This document shows, one piece after another, positions 12,605 through 24,515 of a stretch of DNA of 64,000 bases (position 1 is its first letter; every line of letters begins with the position of its first letter). Position numbers and translations under genes: made by a program. Origin of the DNA: Octopus sinensis (Eukaryota); assembly GCF_006345805.1 (NCBI RefSeq), contig NC_043001.1, positions 37,200,001 to 37,264,000 on the forward strand. The letters run 5' to 3'. Below the pieces are notes generated by a model. The model saw nothing but the letters and a program-made list of their open reading frames with translations. It was not told the DNA's origin and searched no databases.

Positions 12605-12774
12605 TGTATATAGCTACACATAATTCTCAATATTGTCCCAGTGTTTAACAGGCGTAATTACTTTAATGAAATTAAATTGCAACTACTGCTACACCTGTTG
12701 CTAATACTATTACAGCTACTGCTGTTGCTGCTACTACTACTACTACTACTAATAATAATAATAATAATAATAAT

Positions 12775-13370
12775 AATCTTTTCTACTATAGGCACAAGGC
12801 CTGACATTTTGGGGAGGGGACTAGTCGATTACATCGACCCCAGTGCTTCATTAGTACTTAATTTATCGACCTCAGCGGAATTTGAACTCAGGACGTAGCG
12901 ACGGGGGAAATACCTATTTCTTTACTACCCACAGAGTGCTAAACACAGAAGGGACAAACAAGGACAGACAAACAGATTAAGTCGATTATATCGACCCCAG
13001 TGCGTAACTGGTACTTATTTAATCGACCCCCGAAAGGATGAAAGGCAAAGTCGACCTCAGCGGAATTTGAACTCAGAACGTAACGGCAGACGAAATACGG
13101 CTACGCATTTCGCCCGGCGTGCAAACGCTTCTGCCAGCTCGCCGCCTTCGACGGGGGAAATACCTATTTCTTTACTACCCACAGAGTGCTAAACACAGAA
13201 GGGACAAACAAGGACAGACAAACAGATTAAGTCGATTATATCGACCCCAGTGCGTAACTGGTACTTATTTAATCGACCCCCGAAAGGATGAAAGGCAAAG
13301 TCACCTCGGCGGAATTTGAACTCAGGACGTAGCGACGGGGGAAATACCGCTACGCACTTCGCCCGGCATG
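12775..13370 (-). mobile_element. Tandem concatemer of family A SINE units
   Basis: Three joined units; 12899-13050 and 13149-13300 are identical over about 150 bp; (AAT)n tail at 12750-12777. Confidence 0.85.
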
Positions 13371-13669
13371 CTGATTTTTTTTATTTGAGCACTCAGACTC
13401 GACATAAAGGGGACGATTCACGGACAGGCAAAACAGCACAGCGGGGATATAAAACATAGAATGAATGAATGATAGATGAATTATAATAATGAAAATGAGA
13501 TGGCTTTCCTGCTCCTCACTCGCAGGCAGTGTCATTTAAATGTATTTGGTTAACGTTTATAAATCAGTTCTTTTTTTTCTTTTCTTTTTGCATCTTTTTT
13601 TTTTTTTTGAACAGCACTAACAATTTTTTTAATTTTACTTTTTTCCTTCCTTTTTATCACACTAAATAC

Positions 13670-14721
13670 TGCATCAAATCATGGAAATCCACCACTGGTG
13701 GAAATTCGTCGAATTGAACTCTTAATGCCGTTATCTCTATCTTGTTCCCAAATAGTTCTCTTAGTTTTTCACCTCCCGCGCTATCAAGTAAGATTGCTTT
13801 GGTGTTTTCACCCTAATTGCTGTTTTTATTTTTGTAATTTTCTATTCTATTTCCACACTTCAAGTATATTTTATCATATTCCATATGTTTTGGTTCTTTT
13901 TTCTGTAGTCCTCCTTGCTTTCCCATATTGATTTCCTTCGATGTTGGTATTGGTACTTTTTTTTATCTCTTGGTTTTTGCAATCCCACTTGCTTTTCTAT
14001 TTGGACCTCCTTCGATGCTGCTGGCATCTCCCGACGTGCCTCCCTCTCACTTGGTTGTTTCTGCAGTTCTACCTGCTCCTCCATCCTGACCTCCCTCGAT
14101 GCTGCTGGCATCTCCTGTCTTATTTATTTTCTCTTTTGCAATTTCACCTGCTCCTCCGCGCTGGTTCCCCTCGATGCTGCAGGTCTTTCTTCTGTACTTT
14201 CTTTTCTTTTCTTTAGCAGACTCTTCGGTGTTGAGTCCGCATTTCCTTCCCTCTTCTTTCTCTTCACCACCATAAACTGTTCCTCCACATTTTCTGAACT
14301 CTTTTCACATACTGGGTTTTGCTCTTCGACGTTATGTTCCTTCTCCTTGCCCTGTTCCTCCTGTTCCATTCCATCTTCGTTGTGTTTCTGTGGACACTTT
14401 GCCTTCATGTGTCCCTGTACTCCACACTGGTAGCAGGTTGGAAATCTTCCTTCCACCATCACTCTCAAAGTCACATCTGGCAGTTTCACATCTCCTACTA
14501 TATTTCGAAGGCCCAGCAAACTGTCCTGGATCGACAACTCCAGTCCATATCCCAACTAGTTCACCTCTCTCGTTTTCATCAGCTTTAATACTTTCACTCC
14601 TTCTTTCATGTTGTAAAGGATGGCTGCCACCAGCCACTCTTCTTCAATCTCAGGAGGTACTCTGCCGATCCTTACTCTGGCTACACGTTTGCCACAGTAA
14701 GTGGGCAGAAGTACCCACTCT

Positions 14722-14722
<1 letters not shown>
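13670..14722 (-). mobile_element. L1/Tx1-type ORF1 (gag-like) fragment with CCHC knuckle, interrupted by stops
   Basis: RVRIGRVPPEIEEEWLVAAIL..*..VTLRVMVEGRFPTCYQCGVQGHMKAKCP, then an E/K/R-rich region with EMPAASR repeats. Confidence 0.7.
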
Positions 14723-14757
<35 letters not shown>

Positions 14758-14761
<4 letters not shown>

Positions 14762-14865
14762 TTAATCCAAACAAGAAAACACAAAAAAACAAAAGAAAAC
14801 ACAACAACGCGAGGACGTGGAACAAATAAAGTATTATTGGACGCTCAGGAAAGAAGGGAAGAAAT
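14758..14865 (-). mobile_element. Penelope-like terminus, truncated copy
   Basis: Near-identical to 11625-11720 (aagttaatccaaacaagaaaac..gacgctcaggaaagaagggaagaa). Confidence 0.6.
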
Positions 14866-14998
14866 ATATATATATATTCTTTATTTTAAATTGGGTCTCG
14901 ATGTCCATATAAAGCTTTCAATAATGCCATGTAAATATTGACTTGAACAACTCTTTTGAATAAAAAAAACCGAAGGCCACCATATATATATATATATA

Positions 14999-15372
14999 CT
15001 AGCAGTATCGCCCGGCGTTGCTCGGGTTTGTAAGGGAAATAACTATAAAGCATTTTTAGAGACTTATAGCCAAAAAATAGCAAAAAAATGGAAAAAAATG
15101 ATGGTAAATTTTTTTTTGAGATTTAAAAAAGGTGGAGTTGCGTCCCCTAGACAGTTTGTGGTTCGTATTCCTGATTCTCGACCCCATGTCGAATTTATCG
15201 ATTTTTTTCAGAACTGGGGGAACTTTTCAAAATTTTCGCTGCGTTAGTTTTGAATTATGACATTGGGCTATGTGTGTGTCAAGTTTCATCAGAATCGGTT
15301 GAAAGCCGTGGTCAGGGTGAGGGTACAAGCAAACAGACACACAGAAACATGCACAGACAAACTGCCGTTTAT
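14999..15372 (-). mobile_element. Non-autonomous Helitron, family 2
   Basis: Minus 3' end cccgagcaacgccggg hairpin + gatactgCTAG|T; about 200 bp shared with 44326-44765. Confidence 0.75.
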
Positions 15373-15391
15373 ATATATATATTATATATAT

Positions 15392-15434
<43 letters not shown>

Positions 15435-15471
15435 CTAGCAGAAAGACCGCCCTCTGGACGGTTTTCTGCTA
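15435..15471 (-). mobile_element. Palindromic Helitron-like 3' end
   Basis: tagcagaaagaccg / cggttttctgcta hairpin ending in CTAG|T on the minus strand. Confidence 0.45.
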
Positions 15472-15724
15472 ACCCCTTGATAATATTTTCACGTTTGATT
15501 CCCAATTCTAATAATTTCTATATTTTACGTCTAATTATTTCTTTGTATAACAGTGCTCACTTGCTTAGTAAGTATTGCTTTCATTATTTTATCACAATCA
15601 TAATCTCCCTTTTTTAAACAAACATCACGGTAGTCCAACAACAGAAGGAGAAGCAGTTTGTCAAGTTTTAAGTTCCCCTGAAAGCAACATAGAGATTTCA
15701 ATTCACCAGCCCTTCTGTAAGCTT

Positions 15725-15762
<38 letters not shown>

Positions 15763-18700
15763 CGTTTTCTTTATTTTCCATCTCTCAGGAAATAGACCTC
15801 TACCGGTCTAATAGTATTCTTCTAAACGTTGTATAATACAAGCCTGAAGCAGACAATAATTCATACATTTAAAAATGATAATATAACCAAGATTTGAGTA
15901 AATGAGTTGTAGAAAATGCTTATACATAGGTTTGTTTTTATAAAGTCAAATGTGTAATCCAATGTTAGAAAAATAGTATTATACATGTGTTCCTGAATTT
16001 AAAAGAATTCTTTTAAGTGTTACATGTGCTGAGAACAAATAAAAGTAATATAGCTGTTGGGGAAGTTGGCAGAAAATGAGATAAAGTGAATTAATTTTTC
16101 CTTCATCTTAAACGTATCTTGTAAGTTAAGACAACTGAAATGAAAATGGACGAACAACCAATTCTGTTTTTTGGTGCTGCCCTATTGTGTTGCTGTCAGA
16201 AAAAAGTAAATTGAATGTTTCTGAACGTCATGTCGGGAAGAGGTTAAAAGAGCTTAAGAAATTTCTCTTTTTTTTAGTTACACTCTATAAAGTTGAAATG
16301 GATATTCAAATACTGTTCTGTCTTCGACTAATAAAAGCTCTGAAAAAACGGTGAATGACTAAAACCTCTCCTATTGCATGAAGGTCGTTACAAATATAAT
16401 AACAGTGTGATTGTTCACAAAAATTAAAGATTTTTCTTTCATATATTATATTCACGTCCGTGTCACTAATCGGAGGTTAATAAGATAACAAATTACTCTG
16501 AGAAGCAATATTTCCCTTATTAGTTTATTCATCCTAAAAATAGCTACTTTCTGCTTTTTAGTCATCGTTTGTTTATATTATTAACACAACATACTGTTAA
16601 CAAATCCGTTGTGTCCAATCAAGCCGTAAAGTACTAAGTGTTTAGCTCAACTTTAAAGATTAACTTACACCTTCCTCTCATTCTCAGCATTTCGCTTTTT
16701 CCTACTAACCTTTTAATTCATGGGTCTCACACTTCCTCCTTCTCTTTTTCTCCTCATTTCTCTCATCATTCTTCCACACCTCACTTCTCTCTCTCTCTCT
16801 CCATCGTTAACTCTTTTTCTCTCTCTTCCACCAATTATCTTTTTCTCTCTTCTCTTTCTGTCTTTTTTCCCCCCTCCACCTATTTCTTACATCCCGTTCC
16901 TCTGTCGTCACGTCCTTCAGAATAAAAATCTAATCATAACGGAATGTGAGATTGGGTATTGGCCAGTCGGTAAGATCGGATGGTCGTCTCTTCCTCTTTT
17001 AATTTTCAAGTACCGACAGAGAACTAGAGTGCTGTGGTAGAGTACTGGTGTGGTGGTGGTGGTGTAGTATGAACAGAGTAATCCAATACGCACCAACTTC
17101 CTGCTGGTAATTATCTTCGCTGTCGTACCATTTCTATGGTAGATACTCAAAAATAAAAAGAAAGCAATCGCTCATTCATATAAACATGCACTAAATTAGG
17201 TCTGCCTGATGAGAACTGACCTGGGGTTAAACAACAACATATAAAAATGTGTATGAATGAAAAGCGTTTCTCTGAAGAATTTTGATTAATGCGTTTCTTC
17301 TTTGTTTTTTCTTTATTTTTTCTTTTTGTTTTTTGTTATTCTGAAAGACTAGATTGGAGACGGACAGAATCGTTAGAGCGTCTGACAAAATTCCTAATGG
17401 GCATTTTTGTTACAGCTCTGTACATTCTGAGATCGAATCCCATTAAGGGCATTCTTGCATAACGAAGCAGTCGGATATTGGGAGTCGACTTTATCTTCTA
17501 CACCCTATCTCCCAGAATGTGTAACCAATTATTCAACTGTCATTCAACTCTGTGATCCCTACAGCTGATACATGAGAATCTAGATTTAATTTATGGAAGA
17601 TTTATTTCAATCCCCATTGACCATATTTTTCTCTATTAACTCTGTTTTATGGAAGATAGCGCTTAATAAATTTGTCATGAAAAATAAATAGGTATAACAT
17701 GTATGGAAATTTGTTAGATTTTCTTTTATCAACTGTTCATCTTATATAGACAAGCTGATGAAGGAGCCTCTATGTGGTCGACCTGTTAGAAATAGCTTAC
17801 AAATATGTATATACAAACGTGAAACGACACAAACTTTGCTCAGAAAATCCAGGGTATTCGTCACTTAAGAGACCAAATCAAGTCGAAACACCAAGTCTAC
17901 TGATCCACGAAGCTCTGTTTTTTTAACACAATATTCTTCTCGAGAAGTTCTCTCTGAGTCAAAATATTACAACTTGTATCGTTCCATATTTGTATGCACA
18001 GTATAAATGTTATATTCACTAGTAGTTAAATCTAAGGTTGTGTATATTGGCCTACATTAGTTTTTAGATGACCTGTTCTGGAGTGAAGCCTCTGAAAAAG
18101 AAAAACAAAGGAGATGATAATGGCAAGAATATTTTTCATCGTCGCTCAATACGATTAGTGATGACCTAGAAATAAGCAGCAACAGCAACAAAAGCAATCC
18201 ATATTTAAAATATTTGCTGTCATTTGTACCGAGCATTTACTGAAAAAAAAAGGTGGGCGAGATGACACTCCCCTGAACAGATGGGCACACCCTCAAGTAA
18301 CGTTTATGTAATGGTTTATATTTCAAGGAAATTTCGCTGTACTAATAATCATAAGAGAGTCCTTGACAAAATAAAACTAGATGTCGTGACAAGAGTGAAA
18401 CCTTATGTTTCAGATAAAATATGAATTCGATGATGTGAGTGCAATATTTTATGGATAAACTCGACAACGGGCAAGAATGTAGTTGTATTTGGTTTTTACT
18501 GTGGTTAATATAAAGCCTTGTAAACTGCCATCGTTAAAGTTACTGTTGTAACTTATCGCTTCTTTGGAGCTGCAGTTAGTCTACATCTGACCAAGATTGG
18601 TCAAGCGTTGACCAGGTTTGGGTGCTTGGGATCTGGAATATTCTCAGGTGTTCACAGTTTTCTATTAGTCGTGATATACGGTCAGTGAAACGTCTAAACA

Positions 18701-19147
18701 TTCTCATTCTAGAAGACTTAAGGACTGTGGGCAATTTTTCTAAATCTTTTGCTGATTATATTACCGATTGGGGATAAACTCTACAAGTACAGAAGTGCTG
18801 TTTTTCAGGTCTATCATTATGAAGTCAATCTCTTGAAGTGGCAATGAGGACATATATCCCACTCTAGACAAAACCAATAATAATTTTAAAAAAGTCTAAA
18901 TGTGTTGGAGATTTTTAAAAATTCATGTAGATAAACTATCTCTCATTTGACTTACGTTAATGAATTCGATTTAAAAACTGCGATTTCATAAGTTTTTGCA
19001 AGACCCTTTAATTACTTTAAAAAAAAAGTTACTTCTGCTACCCGGGAGTGTGGATATGTAACGCTGTGTGAATGCATGTGTACGCAATGTAATTTTATGT
19101 ATGTATGTATGTATACAAACACACATCGCAGACACTCATAAGTGCTT

Positions 19148-19179
<32 letters not shown>

Positions 19180-19569
19180 CATACACGCACACACGCAAGC
19201 ATATATGCACGCTACTGTAACGAGATCTCAACAAAAAGACCTCGAACTGCAACGCGCAACAATTAGATGTCACTTAAAATATTTGAATAGTGAGTCTCCA
19301 AGTTTTGCTTTTTAAAAGCTAATTTCCTTTCTCTAACTTCCTCTGTGTTAGTGTGTGTGTGTATGTGTGTGTGTGTGTGTAGATTGACTGGGAGATAGAT
19401 AGACAGAAAGATAGATAGATAGATGGATAGATAGAAAAATGCATGCATATATAAGCAGTGATGTAGAGCTAAAATTGAGGGAAGACATTTTCAAGGTGTT
19501 ACTCAAACGGTGATGTGTACTGTCAAACGCAACGAGCCCAGAAAATGTGGTTCCGAAGATGTTGTAAAC

Positions 19570-20037
19570 CAGTCCTACTCAAAGTGGTGGTCCACGAACC
19601 GGTGCCGGTCCGCGAGCCATCAACTACCGGTACGCGGACAGCTTCCAGAAAAGAAAGAAACATAAAATGCTTATGTAATATTATATTATTTGTTTACAAA
19701 ATAAATAAAAGGAACAGGTCGTGGTCTCAAAGCGACGAAAATATTTTGACAAATTAAATTTAAATGTTGAAGTGAATCTAACGGTTTTTGTGTGTTTCTT
19801 AAATGGCTTACAAACACCTTCCACGCTGCAATTGTTTTCGTTCCAGCACACGATCTCAGATTAGGTCACTTGCTATGCAAGTACATCTCCGTAAAAAAAT
19901 TGTCAATTTTTATTATATTCATTATATATATTGTTTCCAGTGTAAATTAATATTACTAAGAAATATTATCGGTCCCTGGCACATTGGGAAAAAAAGCAAC
20001 TGCCGGTACGCCACATCTGATAGTTTGAGAAACACTG
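19570..20037. mobile_element. hAT (Charlie-like) MITE, 468 bp
   Basis: TIRs cagtcctactcaaagt / agtttgagaaacactg; perfect 8-bp TSD TTGTAAAC (19562-19569, 20038-20045). Confidence 0.9.
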
Positions 20038-21113
20038 TTGTAAACTACCCAAATATTTTTTGGAAACCAGACTGATTTTAGGAGGAAATGGAAGAGGGTT
20101 TGTCAGAAGAAGGCAAGAACACGAGTGCGGGCAATTTGAATGCCTGACCGACCTTACTATAAATATTATCAATCTATATTTAATCTTGGTAGCATTTCAT
20201 TCCTTAGTATCAGAAGTTTTGTTATAGACGGATTTCTTAGATTCCAATATTATTCTATATACGAGGGAGACATTTAGCCCCTCCTCATCTGTTTTGATAC
20301 AAAACCCCGTTTCATAATGGTAATGTATGTGTTTTTTAGTGGATGCAGAATCATGATTCCACAAACTCTAACTAAAACAGCTTATTAAATACGATTTAAT
20401 GAATAATTTATTTAATTTTATCATGAACTGCAGCATTTAGAGAAATTTTTAACAGAATTTCCTTATTGGACTCACAATGAAGTCATTAGACATCGCTAAT
20501 CTTGTTTGTGTGTCAGTTACGCGGCGATCACACTTAACCATTTAAGGAATTGGAGGGCCGTTAAGATTAATAAACATGATTGACAGTTTTGACCTCCTTT
20601 CCGTCACAATAAAGTTAATGCTACTCGTTTCCTCTTATAAGGGCTACACGGGATTACTTTTAAATTTCCAATTAAAGGCTTCAGAGTTATCCACTGTCGT
20701 TTCGAAAGTCTCTATATATTGCGATTCATTTTGTAAATGGCTCTCCTACTGAGGAATTCTATTTCATTTTCTCCAAATCCTGAAATTATTTCAGCTGGTC
20801 ACTTACCGTCTTCTCTGGTTCTCAGTTTATGAATTATGTTTTGAATAAAATTAGAAGTGTCTTGTGGCTTTGTTGATCCATGAGAAGTTAGTGTGTATAA
20901 CTGCGGTTTCATATTGTTTACAATCTTATCTATCAGTGTCACTGATGCAAATTTAATTAACTCAATGGCATTTTCTTCTTCTAAAACATTTTTATTCTTT
21001 TTAGTTTTTGTATTTGGTTTGCAAGATTCTTTATGTGAATTCGTGTGTTGAAGCGTATTTAATTGTATCTGGGGAGAGTCATGCTCTTCTAGTGCCTTAT
21101 TATTTAACACACG

Positions 21114-21262
21114 CACCGGTTCAATTTCCACTCATTTAGTTATTTATTTTTTCTAAAAATTTTCGTTGCGTCTTGCAACCTCTTCAATAGTCGTTGACTC
21201 TCAAGACGCAACTAAAATTTTTAAAAAAATAAATAACTAAATGAGTGAAAATCGAACCGGTG
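21114..21262. mobile_element. Foldback palindrome (~62-bp arms), Penelope-terminus-like
   Basis: caccggttcaatttccactcatttagttattta..gttgcgtcttg vs its reverse complement; minus strand ttgaaga-g-gttgc-aagac-gcaac-gaaa. Confidence 0.7.
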
Positions 21263-21469
21263 AGTGTGATAAATAATAAGGCACTAAAAGAGAATGACTC
21301 TTTTTATTTTTGCGTTACTTCACTTCCTAACTTTCAAAAATCGTATGTGTGACGAATTAACTTGTTCGCACAGACTATAGTGATATTTTTTTTTCTGTAC
21401 GAAAGAGGTATACTTCAACAATACATAGTACATATATGCTAGGTCAAGGCACGTCATAATATGTTGATT

Positions 21470-21835
21470 GTCGCTTTCGCTTTCAGGGTTGGCGAAAGCG
21501 ATGTGGTGGACAACGAAAAACCTGGCTGATGACAGTCAAGGCTGATCTGGAACCCAACCTAGGCCCGTCGCTTTCGCTTTCAGGGTTGACGAAAGGGATG
21601 TGGTGGACAATGAAAAACCTGGCTGATGACAGTCAAGAGTGATCTGGAACCCAACCTAGGCCCCCATATCTACGGCGTTCGCCGCTGGAATAAAGAGTGC
21701 TTGGAGATCACGCGGTCGTTAACCTCAAATCGCCAGGTCTGGTCGGCGTTTGTGAGAGATGTAGCATTGAGGATGAATGAAGCCAGCTCAACCCACCCCG
21801 GGTGAATGCTGTCTCAAGACAAGAAGAAGAAGAAT
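21470..21835 (+). mobile_element. RTE LINE 3' end with a 97-bp tandem duplication
   Basis: GWRKRCGGQRKTWLMTVK..DLEPNLGPHIYGVRRWNKECLEITRSLTSNRQVWSAFVRD..SSTHPG*; (GAA)n tail; units 21470-21566 and 21567-21663. Confidence 0.8.
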
Positions 21836-22289
21836 GATTGTCGCAATTTACAAAAAACAACTTTATATTAATTGTCTGCAACATTGACAGCACTGAGATA
21901 GACAGTTTTATAATAGCATTTGATTTATTATTTGTTTTCAGCGTACTTTCATTTTGATTAGATAAAGCTAAGAAAAGATTCTTGTCATGAAAATTTTTTT
22001 CTCGTTAAAATCAATATCAGTATGACAAACTTATCCTGCTATTTTCTCTTGATGCTGAGTAGAATCAAGCAAGAGTCCAAAATATTTATATGCTATATAG
22101 CAATCTGTGAGCAGCAGAAACCATCATCTGATATATCGATTTTACACTCACAGAGAAACATTGTTTCAAGATTTATTTACTCATTTCTGCATTTGGCATG
22201 TGACGAAACTTTGTCAACAATTTTAGCGAGGTCACAAAATTTCCGAAACTACCGCTATTGTCTATAGGAGCTTGTGTTAGCATGCAATG

Positions 22290-22440
22290 CAATATTTAGT
22301 GTTTTAAATGGTTTCAGTGCAGGAGAAAATCGCAGCGATTTTGCAGAACAATTCAGATTTCCAACGTCTGCAGTGAGAACAATACCTGACAATAAAAACA
22401 CAATGGGGTCAAGTGCTCAAGCAGCTGCGTGAAATTCGGT
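22290..22440 (+). mobile_element. Tigger/pogo transposase N-terminal HTH fragment
   Basis: VLNGFSAGENRSDFAEQFRFPTSAVRTIPDNK resembles the CENP-B-type N-terminal HTH (GE.RSDIA..F.LP.STVRTI..NK). Confidence 0.45.
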
Positions 22441-22663
22441 TACGTGAGAAATGCCTGTATACACACACACACACACTCACACACTCACTCACTCACTCAC
22501 TCACTCACTCACTCACATACATAAATAAACACATAATTATATCTATATGTATATATATATATATATATACACATACACACATATGTATTTATGTATGTAT
22601 ATGTGCATAACGTGTGTGTGTCTATACAAGCACACAAACATACACGCACGCATACACACGTAT

Positions 22664-22699
<36 letters not shown>

Positions 22700-23089
22700 A
22701 TATGAATATGCATACTTGTAAGTATTCTCTAGTGATTTTCTCACCCCATTACAATTGTAATTAAATACCAAGAAGTAGTCGTCAAATGCTTCTTACTGTT
22801 TAGGTCTTTGACACTCAGCTGTCTCGAAGACTAAGACCGTCTCGACCTCTTTTAAACTATCCTTTGCAATGACGTCATTGAAAGTGTGAAACTTTACAAT
22901 TCTTACGATTTTGACCTTGTTAAGAGTTTGTCATCTCATCAACAAAGCGAATTAATCGTGAAACATTATTGGCTAATGAGGCAAATCCGAGGCGTGGTTA
23001 TGGTTAATTTAAAGCTATCATTATTATTATTTTCATATACACTCAACATATTAGACTGTTAGAAAAGAAAAGAATCCTAACATCGGGCA

Positions 23090-23815
23090 GCAACAAGTAG
23101 CCTTAGATGCCAAGAACCCTCCTATTGAGTTACAGCAAGTAACCTTAGATACCAAGAACCCTCCTAAGTATCCTAGCTGTCCCTAACAACACTATTTTCT
23201 GGAGCTGTACTAAACTGGGTTTTATGCCTATTTCCTCTATCCATTTGTTCAGACCTTTAGGGATAGTTCCCAATGCACATATAACTACTGGGATACATTT
23301 TACCCGCTCTTTCCATAGTCTCTCTAATTCAATAGCTAGGTCCTGGTACTTTACTATTTTTTCTATACCTTCTATACTTCTCATATTAAATCTTTCGTCA
23401 TTTGGGACTGTAAAGTCAATTACAAAGCACTTTCTATTCGCTTTATCTACTTACTACCAAATCAGGCTTTCTAGCTTCTATTACTCAATCAGTCTAAATG
23501 TTAAAGTCCCACAATATCTTATATTTTTTATTTTCTAGTACTTTACTAGGTTCATGTTCATACCATCTATCAGTATGTTAAAATCCTAGCTTTCTACATA
23601 GCTCCCAGTGGTTTGCTCTCCCTAGGTTCGTTGTCATATTTTCTCTTGTATTATTTCTGTTAGAATGCTACATTCACATTTTATATAAGTAATGCTTTCC
23701 TCTTTTGATTCGCATAACCTACATTGGGAATCTACTTGGACTTTGTCTATCTTGGCTTTTTTCTGATTAGTCCTTAATGCTTGATCTTGTGCAGCTACTA
23801 ACAAACTTTTTGTTT
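23090..23815 (-). mobile_element. R4/Dong-clade retrotransposon 3' fragment (zinc knuckle + RLE)
   Basis: TKSLLVAAQDQALRTN..CRLCESKEESIT..KCFVIDFTVPNDERFN..EKIVKYQDLAIELERLW..IPVVICALGTIPKGL..LQKIVLLGTARILRRVLGI*; (TTA)n near both sides. Confidence 0.9.
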
Positions 23816-24063
23816 CGTTGTTGTTGTTGTTATTATTATTATTAAAGCAGCGAGCTATTAGAATTGTTAAACACGCTGGGCATATTCATCTGGTTATGGT
23901 CAAACAACTGACAAGCGAATCTGCGGTATTGAGTGGAATATTTGGTGTAGCCCATCTTTTATACCAAGACAAAACGATATACACGATAACAATTCCAATC
24001 AGTTAAGATCAGAAACCATGAGAGCCAGTACCTGGTATTGCGTCAGACCTATTATCATTATTA

Positions 24064-24150
24064 AGTAACAGTTACGCACTGGGGTCGAAGTAATCGACTT
24101 AATCCCTTCTCCCAAATTTGGGGTCTTGTGCTTCCAGTAGAAAGAATTAC
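24064..24150 (+). mobile_element. Family A SINE 3' fragment
   Basis: cagttacgcactggggtcgaagtaatcgacttaatccc..cttgtgcttccagtagaaag. Confidence 0.7.
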
Positions 24151-24194
24151 TACACTACTACAACTACTACTGCTGCTGCTGCTACTACTACTAC

Positions 24195-24515
24195 TATTAT
24201 CATTATTGAGTGAGAGAGCAATGCATACCATCAAAGTGACACTGAGGTACAAATATACAAGCCCAATATACCTATCATGACTACACGTCTGATAAGGTAC
24301 ACCAGGCACATGTATCACAACCGTATATGCGCGACGTGGTGACCTCATATCAAGATTAACTACGCATGACCTTGCAGACTGGGCTCAGAATTTTTTCAGT
24401 TCGAGTAGCCCATCCTACTCAAAAGATCCTGAACAAGATTTGTTTAAGGATGTTGAACAAAACACCCGTGTTTCCAGAGGTGAATTATTCAAACCTAAAG
24501 AATTCCTCTCGACAA
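24195..24515. repeat. Unclassified interspersed repeat
   Basis: Non-coding, follows a trinucleotide tract; flanked by a related ~90-bp sequence pair (23960-24060, 24515-24600); family not assignable. Confidence 0.35.

Noticed and set aside
17060-17140. Hydrophobic frame NFLLVIIFAVVPFL resembling a signal peptide near an ATG
   Set aside because: The ATG is out of frame (needs an indel), the donor is weak, and its phase fits neither downstream candidate exon.
17200-17240. ctgatgag motif as a possible hammerhead
   Set aside because: No GAAA after a pairable stem II.
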